A stretch of 64,000 nt of DNA from Paraspadella gotoi (taxonomy: Eukaryota; Animalia; Chaetognatha), in contig CM119268.1 in the NCBI GenBank assembly GCA_051294375.1, positions 18,182,005 to 18,246,004 on the forward strand, given 5' to 3'. Within the stretch, counting starts at the first letter, position 1. The number at the start of each line of letters is the position of its first letter. A program made the position numbers and the translations under genes. This document shows positions 24,371-36,527 of the stretch, piece by piece. The notes beneath the pieces were generated by a model. The model saw nothing but the letters and a program-made list of their open reading frames with translations. It ran no database searches and had not been told where the DNA came from.

Positions 24371-26811
24371 GAGGCCACTCCACTAAGCAGTGATTTTTGT
24401 TATAAAAATAACTGACTATTAGTTAAAACTAACTCTCTCAAAAGAATATCAGAGCAGAAAAAATTAAGGTATTTTAACCTCTTGTGTTTATGGAGCTGGA
24501 GCTCCGGAATGACTAGACCGACTTCTTTAAAGTTACACATATGAATTCCTCTTTTAAAAGTTCTTTATTCCACATTTTCACAATTTTTAGAAAACATAAG
24601 GTAGTATAAATAAACCCATACATTTAAGGTCTAAAAAGTATTCTTCGGGTTTTGCAGATTCTTCAAAAATGTTTTTTGTTAGTAACCTCAAATGATGAAT
24701 GTTTTTGTACAACTTGTCTTTCGGAGCGTATAGCTCTTGTAATGCGCTGGAACGATTTTCTTTTAATTACACATATTGGATTTTCGCCATTTCAAAAATC
24801 TACATTTATACAATTTATAAATTTTTTATATATATGTGAGTAAAACAAGGCGCAACACCTAAGTTTTGATGGGTGGCTTCTTTTTTTGCACAGGTCTGTA
24901 TAATGAGAGAGATTCAGTATATCGTATAATAACAGAGAATATCTCTTAAAATTTTGGATCTTTCTTCAAGTAACAGCAGAAACAAAATATGCAAATTGTT
25001 ATATTCATATTTTTAATTGTAATTTCGAATTGACCACCGTCATTGATAGTTAAATAACTTTTTTAGAAAAAATATTATTTATATACTAATATTCTTTTTA
25101 AGATTGGGGACGTGCGTAATTATCTACTGCGAATAAGCGTTGTATGTTAAGAGGAGTGAGGGAGTCTGAAAAATGGACCTTGCGAAGCTATAATAACCAT
25201 TTCTCAGATGGTAGACAAAATAAGTGGTCAAAGCGAAGCAAATCCTAAATTTTACTGATGGGATTCGATTCCCAACAACGTAGAAAAATTACGAATTGCC
25301 ATTTTTGAGATTGATCACTTAAAGATTTAGACAGTGCTGAAAATTCCGTGTTTCGTTGTTCCACAACTAAATTTGAAAATATGTCGATAAATCATTGAAA
25401 ACCTTCCTAACACTGTATGGGTCACACAATATAGTGTTTTAGTAAGATGGAACAAAAAGATTGTTCCATTGTAGGATCTGAAGTTGCCATTACCTTGTTA
25501 CAAATCTTAAGGATAGACGAAGGTTGCTTGTCTCTATTTATTATCCGGATTCATGCAAAACTTATTTATGAGTAAACAAATTAATGAAAGGCCATAAGAG
25601 CAGTTATGGAAGGTCTTAATCAAAGTAGTAGTGGTTTGAAATTCACAGGGGATTTTTACTGAGCAGGAAAACAATCAACATATATAATAAGAAGAGATGA
25701 GTTTACTTTCGATGTAAATACACAATGAACCTGGATCGTTCTTTGATTACTATTGAGATTGATATTTGGGTTGATGAAGTACATACTGTTAAATTACTGT
25801 TGTTTCAACCTATACAAAGCTATACAGTGAATGCATGAAAAAAGTAAAAAGAGTTTTAAAACTTATAAGATATTTATATAAAGCTATAAATAAATGCATG
25901 GAAATCATAGGCCCTGGTCTAAAGTTTATTACCTATTTAACTCTGGATATTTATAAAACTAAATATAAAACCAAAGAATTATAAAAGACACTGAATATGC
26001 TTAGTGTCAACTCATTATTAGAGTAGTTAGAATTTCGAAGTTGGGTTGCGAGAATAAAAATTAAATCTAAAAAAATTCATTCTTTAGTACTGCCGAAACA
26101 TAAATACAATCGCCTCGGCATCATCAAAAGTCTATTTTATGTAAGAATGTTTTGGAGAAAGCTGGTGTTGTACAAGTAGCTATAAGAAATTTTTTTCATA
26201 TGAAATGAATATAAAGTTAAGTGGGATTTTATATTCATAATTGTATTATCTTTATTTAGTAAAGCAAAATGGTAGGAAGTGGAAATTAAGTTTAAATGGC
26301 TAAAAGATCAAACATTCATTTTCTTGTTTTGCACTGGCAATATTTTGTCTGTTATATTAGCTCGCGATTAGTATTTCATGTCCCGTACTCGTCCTCGCAG
26401 ATTCAGCAGGAACCCTTATCGGCAGGGCGGGCGGCGACAGCGAATACCGCGGGGCGCGGGGGCCGCGAATTTAAGTTATATAAATTAATTATATATTAGT
26501 TTATCGAATAATAATGATGAATAAAATGTATAAATTATTCAATGCATATCATTTTAAAGGAATATATTAGTACATAAACTGTTATTTATAATTTCTGAAC
26601 TTTGTCAAGAACTCTCGTTCTTAAATAAATAGAATTAAGAATGGTATAAAATTGATAATAAATACCACAAAGGAGCTTCTCAGTTTTACAAACCAAGTAA
26701 AACTAATTACAAAAAAAGTTAAAGCGAATTTAAAAGAATCGCATTAACGACTACCGATTAGGAGAAGAAAAAAAAGAAAAAAATAATAGACTATAGATGG
26801 TTTAAAAAGAA

Positions 26812-27099
26812 TGTAATATCAATATTTTGCAATAAATGCTGGGATAAGTTGCTAAGTGGGAGGCTGGTTCTTTAGATACTTCTCTGATATCTTGTTCCGT
26901 GCCTTCCCTGGCGATATGGCCCAGTCAATGGAATGGGTCCGGTGCTTGGAAAGTCCACCTGAGGGTTTGCTATGCCGGCAAAGCGCGAGTTATTGACGGC
27001 CGTTTATCATTGCTCCACGCAGGGTAAGTACTTGGGAGATCATAATTCACTCCAGGGACCCAATAGGTACATTGTGCACCTGGATTGCGGGTTGTTACA
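26812..27099. mobile_element. Possible solo LTR of another family
   Basis: 288-bp GC-richer island bounded by TGTAATA...TGTTACA inverted termini. No TSD seen. Confidence 0.3.
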
Positions 27100-28663
27100 C
27101 TATTCTAATGTCTCATACATCTATCATTTATCTACTAATAAGCTTTTAATTTGAGACTCTCTTCCAACTTTCTACGATCCTTTTTGTTAATTAATATACA
27201 GTAACGATAATCATATTAAAAAAAAACTTTAATCCAATCAGCCTTATCTTTTCAAACAGTTTTTCTTAAATAAAAGTATCAAATATGTTCTAAAATTCGA
27301 TCAGTGCCTCACCTTAGTTAGCGTTAAAATAACTTTAATACTAAAATATTATAAGCATACAAATTACAGATTAATTAATTCTCTTTAATGGTGTGATATT
27401 CTAATAAAACTTATCTCACACCATAAACTAAACACCGACTAATTATAGCTGGAGCACTTTAATTCAACTCATCAGCTTTTAAAAGTAATTATATATTTTA
27501 TTATTTATCAAAGAAAATTTTATTTATAATTATATTATAATAATAGCTCACTCAATATTTGATATATATTATTAATAGACAAATGAGTAAAATATTAACA
27601 AATATAATGCTTTAACTTTAGTACTGTAATTAAAAGTATATATTTCAATATTTTTTAATTTTTTAAAATTCTGTATATGGTCTAATTTTATATTAAAATG
27701 ATTATTAACTTAAAAAAACTTCTTTTGAAGCTAATAAGATAGAATGTGCATTTTAAAACATATTTGTATCTTTATTTTTAAGAACTAATCTGTTCAAAGG
27801 TACTTAATTGATTAATTTTTTTGATATAAAAAAAAAAAAAATTTTACTTATATTTCAATAATGTCAAAGCATAAAAAGTTTGGGAGAGTTTCAAGTAAAG
27901 CTTTTTGTTTTGATAAGAACTATTTGTCCTCGAAGACATATAGAAATTCAAATTGTAAGCATATTCATAAACTACTTGAAAATTTTTAGAAAAAATTTCA
28001 AACTTTAATTAGCATTCCAAACAAAATCCTGCTTTATCGAATTTACTGACCCTACACATTAAGTGTCTCATGGGTATTCTTTAAGATTTTTATAGGTTTC
28101 AGAGATGGCATTTTGTTTCTTTCACGATCCTCTCTGCCCATACCGTGTAATTATTTCAGAAACATTATGCAAAACAAATAATTTTTTTATTCCTTGCAAG
28201 TTGAAAGTGTATATCGTAAAAAGTTCACAGTGTGTCAATAATTTGATAAAACATGATTTTAATCATTATATACCCGCTCCCTAAAATACATTCAGCCAAA
28301 AAGGAAAACGTGAAGAGATTTTAACATTTTGAAAAGAAAAAGAATACTTAAAGATAAGACAACTTATGTTTTTATGTAAAATATATCATTTATTTTAGTT
28401 CCTTTACTTTACAGGGAGGTAAAAGATAGCTTTGAAAATGATCTCCCAGCTGAGATAGCCTAATGCTTATTTGAATGAAAAATTACATAGCTTACTTATA
28501 CTGGAGACCAAAAAATAGCTTTGAACCTGATCTCTCGGCTCAGTTAGCCTAATGTTTTTGAATAAAAAATTTGTATCCATTTTCTGGACATATTATAAAA
28601 AGACTTTCAAAAATAACAATAAATGCAGTTTTATTTTCTACAAGCCTTTAAATAACTGTACAC

Positions 28664-28925
28664 TGAAGAGACAGTAATTTTTGATTATGATTAGTGATAG
28701 AACCGTTCGATATAAGCAGTCTCTGAGCTTCGGAACGGGCTGTAACATACCCATTTTACAGGCTGGGTTAAGCGTCCGCGTCCCTTCTAATACATAACCT
28801 CTTTTTTTAGCTCGGGCCACCGAGCATAGGACAACCTGATCCTTTGGGTTGGGAATCGGAAGACTTGACTCCGGCACCAATGTTCGCTGAATGATGAATG
28901 CTGTGGATTTTTAGTCCACCATATA
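28664..28925 (-). mobile_element. Diverged solo LTR of the tRNA-LTR TRIM family
   Basis: Collinear reverse-complement similarity to the 13996-14231 LTR, from tgaagagacagtaat to ggatttttagtccaccata. Confidence 0.85.
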
Positions 28926-31165
28926 TACTATGATTACATTTGTTGATTCTGTAGTATACAAAAAAATTATTTTTAGGCCAAGTAAAAAGTTATAAATAAA
29001 TATAAGTAGTTTGAACTACCATACTTTTATAGGATAGAGGCCTAAGTTATTCTGATTAAGAAAATTATAATCTAAATTATACTCAGAAAGTAAACATTTA
29101 TATTATGCCGTCTTTCGAATATTTTGAAGAAAAAATTTTATTAATATATGATACCCATATTAAAGCACTTTAAAACTATTGTTTAGTGGAGGGTGGAAAG
29201 ATTGCTTTTAGAAAAAAAAAATTGTTATATAATAAAACAGGGAGCCAAAAAATATTAATTGTATAAACATAAAAAAGAGAAAATTGGAGGGAAAAAAAGT
29301 ATTTAGGGGGTAAGATTAGGCTTGTCATATATATATATCTTATTTTATCAAAATGTAAAATCCACAGTTATCATAGCTGTGATTTATTATATTTATAGCT
29401 GGCCGGGTTCAGATAATTTCACGCGGTACTCTTTGTCAATAGTGCATCGTACAAAATAATAAACATATTGAATGATTATATTGATATCATATTTAATATG
29501 ATTATTGATACCTTATACAAATACTGATACCACTGTTTCTGCTATGAAAGAGAAATGCCAATTTGTTGTTTATTTACCACAATAAATATTTGTAATATAC
29601 TTGTCAACTATGTAAAGAATAAATCATTCGACAAAAGAGACTTAATAGATATAAATATATAGATATAGTATTTTTATCAAAGTTATTCTAACTATTAAGT
29701 AGATAGAGGGTGTATAATATATAAAATGTAACCAAATAATTTATAGAGTAAAACGTTTTAAGTAAATACTGAATCAAATTTAATATTTTTATTGTGATTT
29801 AAGGTTATTGTTAAGTATTTAGTTCTGAAAACAAGTATCGTCGAATGAAAACTTCATAGCGACATTTTTATCTACAAGTCTGTGGCGAAAATACATATCC
29901 TGCATGCAAACGAATGAAAATTCATAAGAATGAATCAATTGAATGAATGAAGAATTACCTAAATTTAATATTCAACTGCCAATGCTTGCCTCATTCCTCA
30001 AAGAAGAAATTACCTATTATCTAGATTGCCTTAATCAATTATATTTTTTCCTTTCAGTATCATTTTTTTATTTTTATTATCGTATAGTTTTATAAGACAA
30101 TATATAATAGAGAACATAAAAACAAATAAATCAAAGATATAACTCAATATAAAATAATAACTGTCAGATGAACATTGTGTTCCGTTTTACTAACATCATA
30201 ACATTTTTAATTGGATACGATTTAAATTGATCTAATTTAATTTATTTAACTGTCTTTTTTCTCTCTATTTTATTGATATTCGATTACTCTAGTAAATAGT
30301 CTAAGTTGTGTAGTGAAATGATTTGTTTTGACGCGTGATCACAATTCAACCGTTAGTTGTATTCTGAATAATAAAATCGCATAACACTCCGTTTAATAGT
30401 GTTTTACTCGGATCATGCTACCTCAGCGACGATCACCGACTCTAATAACCTCTTTGTCGTGCACGTCGGTCGCCCCCTATCATATATCTGATATAGGGCC
30501 ATTCACTCTAATATTCTATGTTCCAGTCCAAATATCTAATTATGATAAATTATGCAAAAAAAGAAAAGCGTCCTGTCCTTTTTCCGTACCTGTTCCCACC
30601 TTAGCAAACAAAAAAATAACTCCAATTCACTTCATTGATTGGATGGATGGATCTAGAATGAACGTGTTGTGTTGTGAGTGATTGCAGAGTTAAATAAAAA
30701 GTTATGATGGAAATTTGTAGCGAGCTGGAAACTGAGTTGATAATAAGCAAACACAACCATAAAAAAAAACTATGTTCAACTAAATTTAATGCCAATTAAC
30801 TCATAAAAGCTGGAACAAGTCGATATGACTATAAAGAATATTTGTATGTGGTAGAAAAGTGAGCGTTGTGATTCTGTAAGACAATAGGAATAGAATCAGT
30901 AGTGTTTCCGATGGAATTGCTCTAGATGTAAAATGTAAGCGACCGACCCGAAGGATAAGCTATGAGTCACATTAGAGAACGGGCCTGTTAGTTACCAACT
31001 GGAGACGGAAAATGAAAGTGATTAAATGGAAAGAAAAGCGTGAATAAACCTTTTCACTGAGATATGGATTAGTCTGGTTTCGTTTGTCTATTGGCTATGA
31101 TAATAAATGTTATATATGCGCCAAGCACGTCCATACTTATAAAAACGTCTAATCAAAATAATTAT

Positions 31166-31190
31166 NNNNNNNNNNNNNNNNNNNNNNNNN
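31166..31190. other. Assembly gap (25 N)
   Basis: Run of n. Confidence 1.
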
Positions 31191-31471
31191 CGAAGACGAC
31201 GACGACATTCTTGCAAATGACGGAGACAAGGACCGCGATTACGACGACGACTTTTACGACGACGATGACGACGACGACGATGCCGACGCAACAATTGACC
31301 CAAGGGAAAACAGACATAAAACGAGAGAGAGGAAAAAGAATATGGAGAGCTGGGGCCGAGGGGAAAAGAGAGCGGCTTAGTTTTGAAAATGAGAGAAAAA
31401 ATTTTTTACAAAAAGAAACGATAACTGAACATTGTTTTCTACAAATATAACGAAATTAAAAAAATGGGCAG

Positions 31472-31557
<86 letters not shown>

Positions 31558-32435
31558 AGAGAGAGAAATAAAGTCGTTGTACACGGAGTCAAAAAATGAA
31601 GGAGGATGAAAAAAAAAGAAAGGGTGAGGAGAAAAAGAAGAAAGGAGGGGACGAGGAAAAGGAAAAAAAAAAAGGAAAGAAAGGATGAGACGTGGATCTA
31701 AAGTTGATCCCACGGGCGCGTTTCTAAGGGGGCGATGTGAAAGCGAGAGGGGCGGAAGGATGCAAACACGTTGTTTCCCAAACGGGAAGGTGGGAGGGTA
31801 GGGGGCGTATGTGAGCGGGGGGGGAAGGCGGAACACTTGTTGAGCGCGCGAATTTCCTAAATGACTCGTCTGACTCATTTTCGTCGGATGCGCAACAGAT
31901 GCCGAGCGTGAATCGCTGGCGGTCAGTGAGGGCGGGGGTGAGGTAGGGTAGGTTGGGTCGGGTAAGGAATAGAGACGCGGAGAAGCAGAAGTCGGTTGAA
32001 TAAAGCGAAGAAGGAAATGTCTCTTTGGGGGGGAAGGGGTAAGTGAGAGCAGGGAGAAGTGGTGGAGGAAAATGAAAGACCGACGGAGATTAAAACGGAG
32101 GAGAAAGAAGAAGTTAGATGCGACGAGGAAAGATATAAACTTTTAATGTTCATCATGTTAATGATGATGATTATGAAGTTGCGTTAAATAACTGACTTGG
32201 AAGAAAAGCTAAAACGAAAGACATTAGTCAAAACGTGAAGAAGAGAATGAGAAACTCTCGAGAAGAAAACAAAAAAAAGAGAAGGAAAGGAAAAAGAGGT
32301 TAAAAATAAAGAGAAAATATGAAGGAAAAAGGAAAGAGTTATGAGGAAGAATCGTCTATTGTTAAGTAGTAGAACCCAAGACAGATGATACAATGGAATT
32401 GGAATGCAGACTGTTTCGTATTCATATAAAGAATA

Positions 32436-33030
32436 AGGCGTAGTGAAAGTTACATACGAAATTCTAAATGTCAATTATGAACAACATACTATCAGGTGAA
32501 CATTCAATTTGTAAAAAAAAATAATTTATTGTTTTTTAATTTTCGCAGTAGGCTATATTTATATATAGTACTATCCTTATAAATCAAAAAATTCAAATAG
32601 GCTTTTCTTAATTTTGATTGCAGATTTGAATTCCTTGTCAAAAGTTGATAAAGAAAATATAAATCATTTTTAAAAATTCTTTCATTAAGTGGTTAAAAAT
32701 TAAAAAAACTATATTTAATATAAAAAATTAATTTTCAGCTTAAAATATAGCTTTTTCTAATTTTTGACCCACTTAATGAAGGAATTTTTCAAAAAGAGTT
32801 ATATTTCTTTTTATCAACTTTTTATGACGAATCCAAATCTGCAAAAAATATTAAAAAAACTGTTTTGAAATTTTAACATTTATTGGATTAGTACTAGTAT
32901 AAATATGCCTACTGCGTAAATTGTAAAATTTATTATAATTTTAATTACATAAATGTTCATTAATTTAATGTTGTTCGTTCCTCACTTTTAGAATTTTAAT
33001 TAAGTTAAATTTAGAAATTTTACTACGCCT
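32436..33030 (+). mobile_element. MITE family A, full copy
   Basis: TA-AGGCGTAGTGAAA...TTTTACTACGCCT-TA. Confidence 0.92.
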
Positions 33031-34542
33031 TAATAAAGAATCGATATTTTTATCGCGTGAAATATTTTTATTTTATCTATTATTTTATGAAATTACATTG
33101 TATAATAAAGTTTTTTTTAGTTAAGATATACAATTTCCTCATCTATGCTTTCTCGGGGGACTCCATTCGTATTTCTGTCCTCTTGTTCTATTTCTGTTTC
33201 TCTGCTGTTTAATCGACTTTTTCCACCGGAAAAACAAACCAATAAAACTACCGTCCACTCGGCCTCCGCGGCAACTAAACCGGAAATAAACTTCAATGAA
33301 CGTCAAAAGCACGACGGAGGGACTCCCCGCGACGCCGGTAACGCCGGGGACGCCCCGCGACGCCGGGAACACCCCACGACGCCGGAAACTCTGGGGACGC
33401 CAGTGAGTTAGACATGACGTCGCCATTTTGCATCACATTTTTTTCACTGGTTTTGACGGCGTCGGAAACGAATCGCTTCACTGCGTTTCATCCTGTATTC
33501 CCTCGGGGGTCACTGGGTTTGTTGTTGTCGCGGTTGTTGTTTTTGATTGTGTTGTTGTAGACGATTTTGTTGTTATTGTTTGCGGTGTTGTTGTTGTTAT
33601 CTTCGTTATTGTTATCGCTTTAAATAGCATTTAAAAGGAAAACTCTTTAAACATGAATTTAGTTGACTTTAGATTGTCATCATCGTTTCGACAAAGTGTA
33701 ATTTTTTTAACAGGAATGAAAACATGAGGAAGTTGATTCGACGTAAATCACTTATCCCTTACCTAGGTTAAAGTACGAGTTTGTGGGAAAATAATATAAT
33801 GACGACGGGAAAATCTGAGAGCATTTCTGATAGCCAAGAACCAAAGAAAGCAGAAGAAAAGAAAAGGAGAAAAGGGAATTTGTGAAATGATAATCGTTTC
33901 GCTTCACATGGAGAAAAGAAAAACGAAGAAAAAAAGGAAAGAGGGTTTAAAAAGCTAGTGAAAGCAAAGTTATTGTATATAGTTATTATACAAGCTGCTA
34001 AGTAAAAGGAATAAAAAGAAATGCAAAAACCGCGAGGGAGAATAGGGGTTTATGGGGACGAGGTAATAGAGAAACGCCCTGCCGATACAGCGCAATTCAA
34101 AAAAGCTATTTTGTCGCAATGTTTTGATGGGAATGCGCGAATGTGTTACGAGGAACGTGGTCGGAAACATTGGAAGGAGAGAGAGAGAGAGATCCATTCC
34201 AGGTTCTAAAAAGTATTACGATTCCAAAACCGACCAGTGTTGTTCATTCGTTTCAAACAACTTTTTCACAGAAATGGAAACAAATTAACTTTAGTCTGAA
34301 ACTATTTTTCTTTTGCAAACTCTGGCTCGGTTTTTGGAGGAGAAACGGTCGTAAAGAAAAATGATTTTACAACTATAGTAAGTAAGAGTAAATGTTCGAG
34401 AGACGCCTTTATCGAGCAAGGTGCCGAGAGTGAATGAGTGTGAATCATCGGAGAGAGAGCAGAAGTAGTGACCGTAGAAAGAAGAGAAAGAGAGACAGAG
34501 ATGTAGAGATAGAGATAGTATAAGAGAGACGCATGATGCAGC

Positions 34543-34581
<39 letters not shown>

Positions 34582-35954
34582 AGAAGGAGTCACTCTCGTG
34601 ATGAATGAAACACTTTCGGGAAAAGAGTAACAAGTTTTTTTGATTGAGCACCTGAACTCTTGAAAACACGAGTTTCTTCTTGAGGAAAAAAACAAAAACG
34701 CGAAACAGACGCTTCGTCGTTTGGTGTTCTTCGGTACTTTCTTCCTAAATATTTTTGAATGTTTTGATAAAATATAGTCGTTAATTGATAACTCATTGAT
34801 TAAGTATTTTCTAAACCACTCATCCATACTTATAGAGTAGTTGATAAAATATAATATCCAATATATTTGTGTCTAGATTCGTTTTCCGATGCACTTTTGT
34901 TAACAACGTTTGTTAACTTCCCCCTACCCTCCTTTCCTTTCCTTCAAACTGTGAAATTAAAATGAAAAACTGTGTCTTTTCTAAGAAAGCGACGCCCAAC
35001 GGTGGAAACGCTTAATCAACCGGCGCCATATAACTCTAGTGGGCGAAAGAAGAAAATAAATTCAGGATGTTTCTTAGTCAGGACCAGATAGATCTTTGGT
35101 CGTTCTTTTTTAATATCAGTTCAATTAAAGATAATATTATCCATTGATTAAATAAACACGTCAAAGCTTGTAAGCTTTTAATACAGATTTTTTTTCTTTT
35201 TAAAAAAGGCTTCTCAATCTTATTCTTTCGTCTACAACAGGCATTGTCTTTTTATTCTCCGACGCTAGCACCATATTTAAACTCAATATCCTATTTTTCT
35301 TTTCTTTTTTTCTCTTTCTTTATATTTTTTTGTTTCTTTCTTCTGTCCATCTCCCTGTTCCGTTCCACTTCACTCCCGTCCGACGCCCGAAGGAACAAGA
35401 ATCTCGAGAAACGGGAAGAGGAAGAAAAGGAGAAAGGAAAGAAAGAAGAAAAAAATTGGAGGAAGATGCGGAGGAAGAGGAGGAAGAAAAAGAAAGAAGA
35501 ATAAAAAGGAAGATCAAGAGAGAGTAGAGAAAATCTAGGAGGATGAGGAGAGGAATGTGAGGAAGATGAGGAAGAGAAAGTGTGGACGAGGACGAGGAGG
35601 AGGAGGAGAAGGATGAGGAGGAGGAGCGGTCTTGTCGTCGTCGTCTTCAACGTCAAGGAAACGTCACCTAATGACTTTCTCGTTTAATGAACTTCAGCAA
35701 AATTATGTTTATAAATTTTGCTTCCCGCATAATTTTTTTTTCTAATTCGTATTTTTTCTCTCCGGGTTTGAATAAATTCTCGAAGTGTAAATTAAAACAA
35801 AAGGCAGCAATGATTTCATTGAAAAGGAGCTCGTGCAGATTCACAAACTGGGATTTTTTTCTATTTTTTTCTGCTTCCTCTTTGGTTGGAAGCTATGTTG
35901 AGGTTTTGTGAGCTTGACTGCTTGTTTTTTTAATATTTCCTCTTTTTTTTGGTT

Positions 35955-36006
<52 letters not shown>

Positions 36007-36319
36007 TCGTTCTTTCTTTCTTTCTTTTTGTTTCTTTATTTCTTTATTCTTTTTTCCATTTTCTTTTTCAATATTTATATTTCTCCTTTATTGAATCACC
36101 AGTTGACAATCTAAGTGACAAGGTGTCACAGGGTGACAGTTTAACAAGACGAGAAATGCCGTTACCGAGATTTCCCGTCGCGAGCGACAAAGTGACGACA
36201 AAGCTTTAAAAGAGTGACACGCCCTCTGTACAGAAAGCGTGAGCGTGACAGCCGGATAGTGACAGGGTCAAGGCTTTGCGAAGCAACGAAATAGAAAAAA
36301 GTCGGTTCTTCTCTCTCTC

Positions 36320-36355
<36 letters not shown>

Positions 36356-36527
36356 CTCTCTTCTCTCTCTCTCTCTCTCTGATGATATGATAAATTAAGA
36401 TATAATTTAACAGATAAACAGAAAATATTTCAATTTATTTTGTAAAAGCTGCAAAGAGTTTTTAACTTTACTTCAACGTTAACTTATTTATTCATTTTAT
36501 ACTTTTTCTCATCTGCCTCGTTTCTCT

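Noticed and set aside
24400-26290. Possible decayed transposase or viral ORF
   Set aside because: Coding-like texture but no motif I can recognise; needs a translated search.
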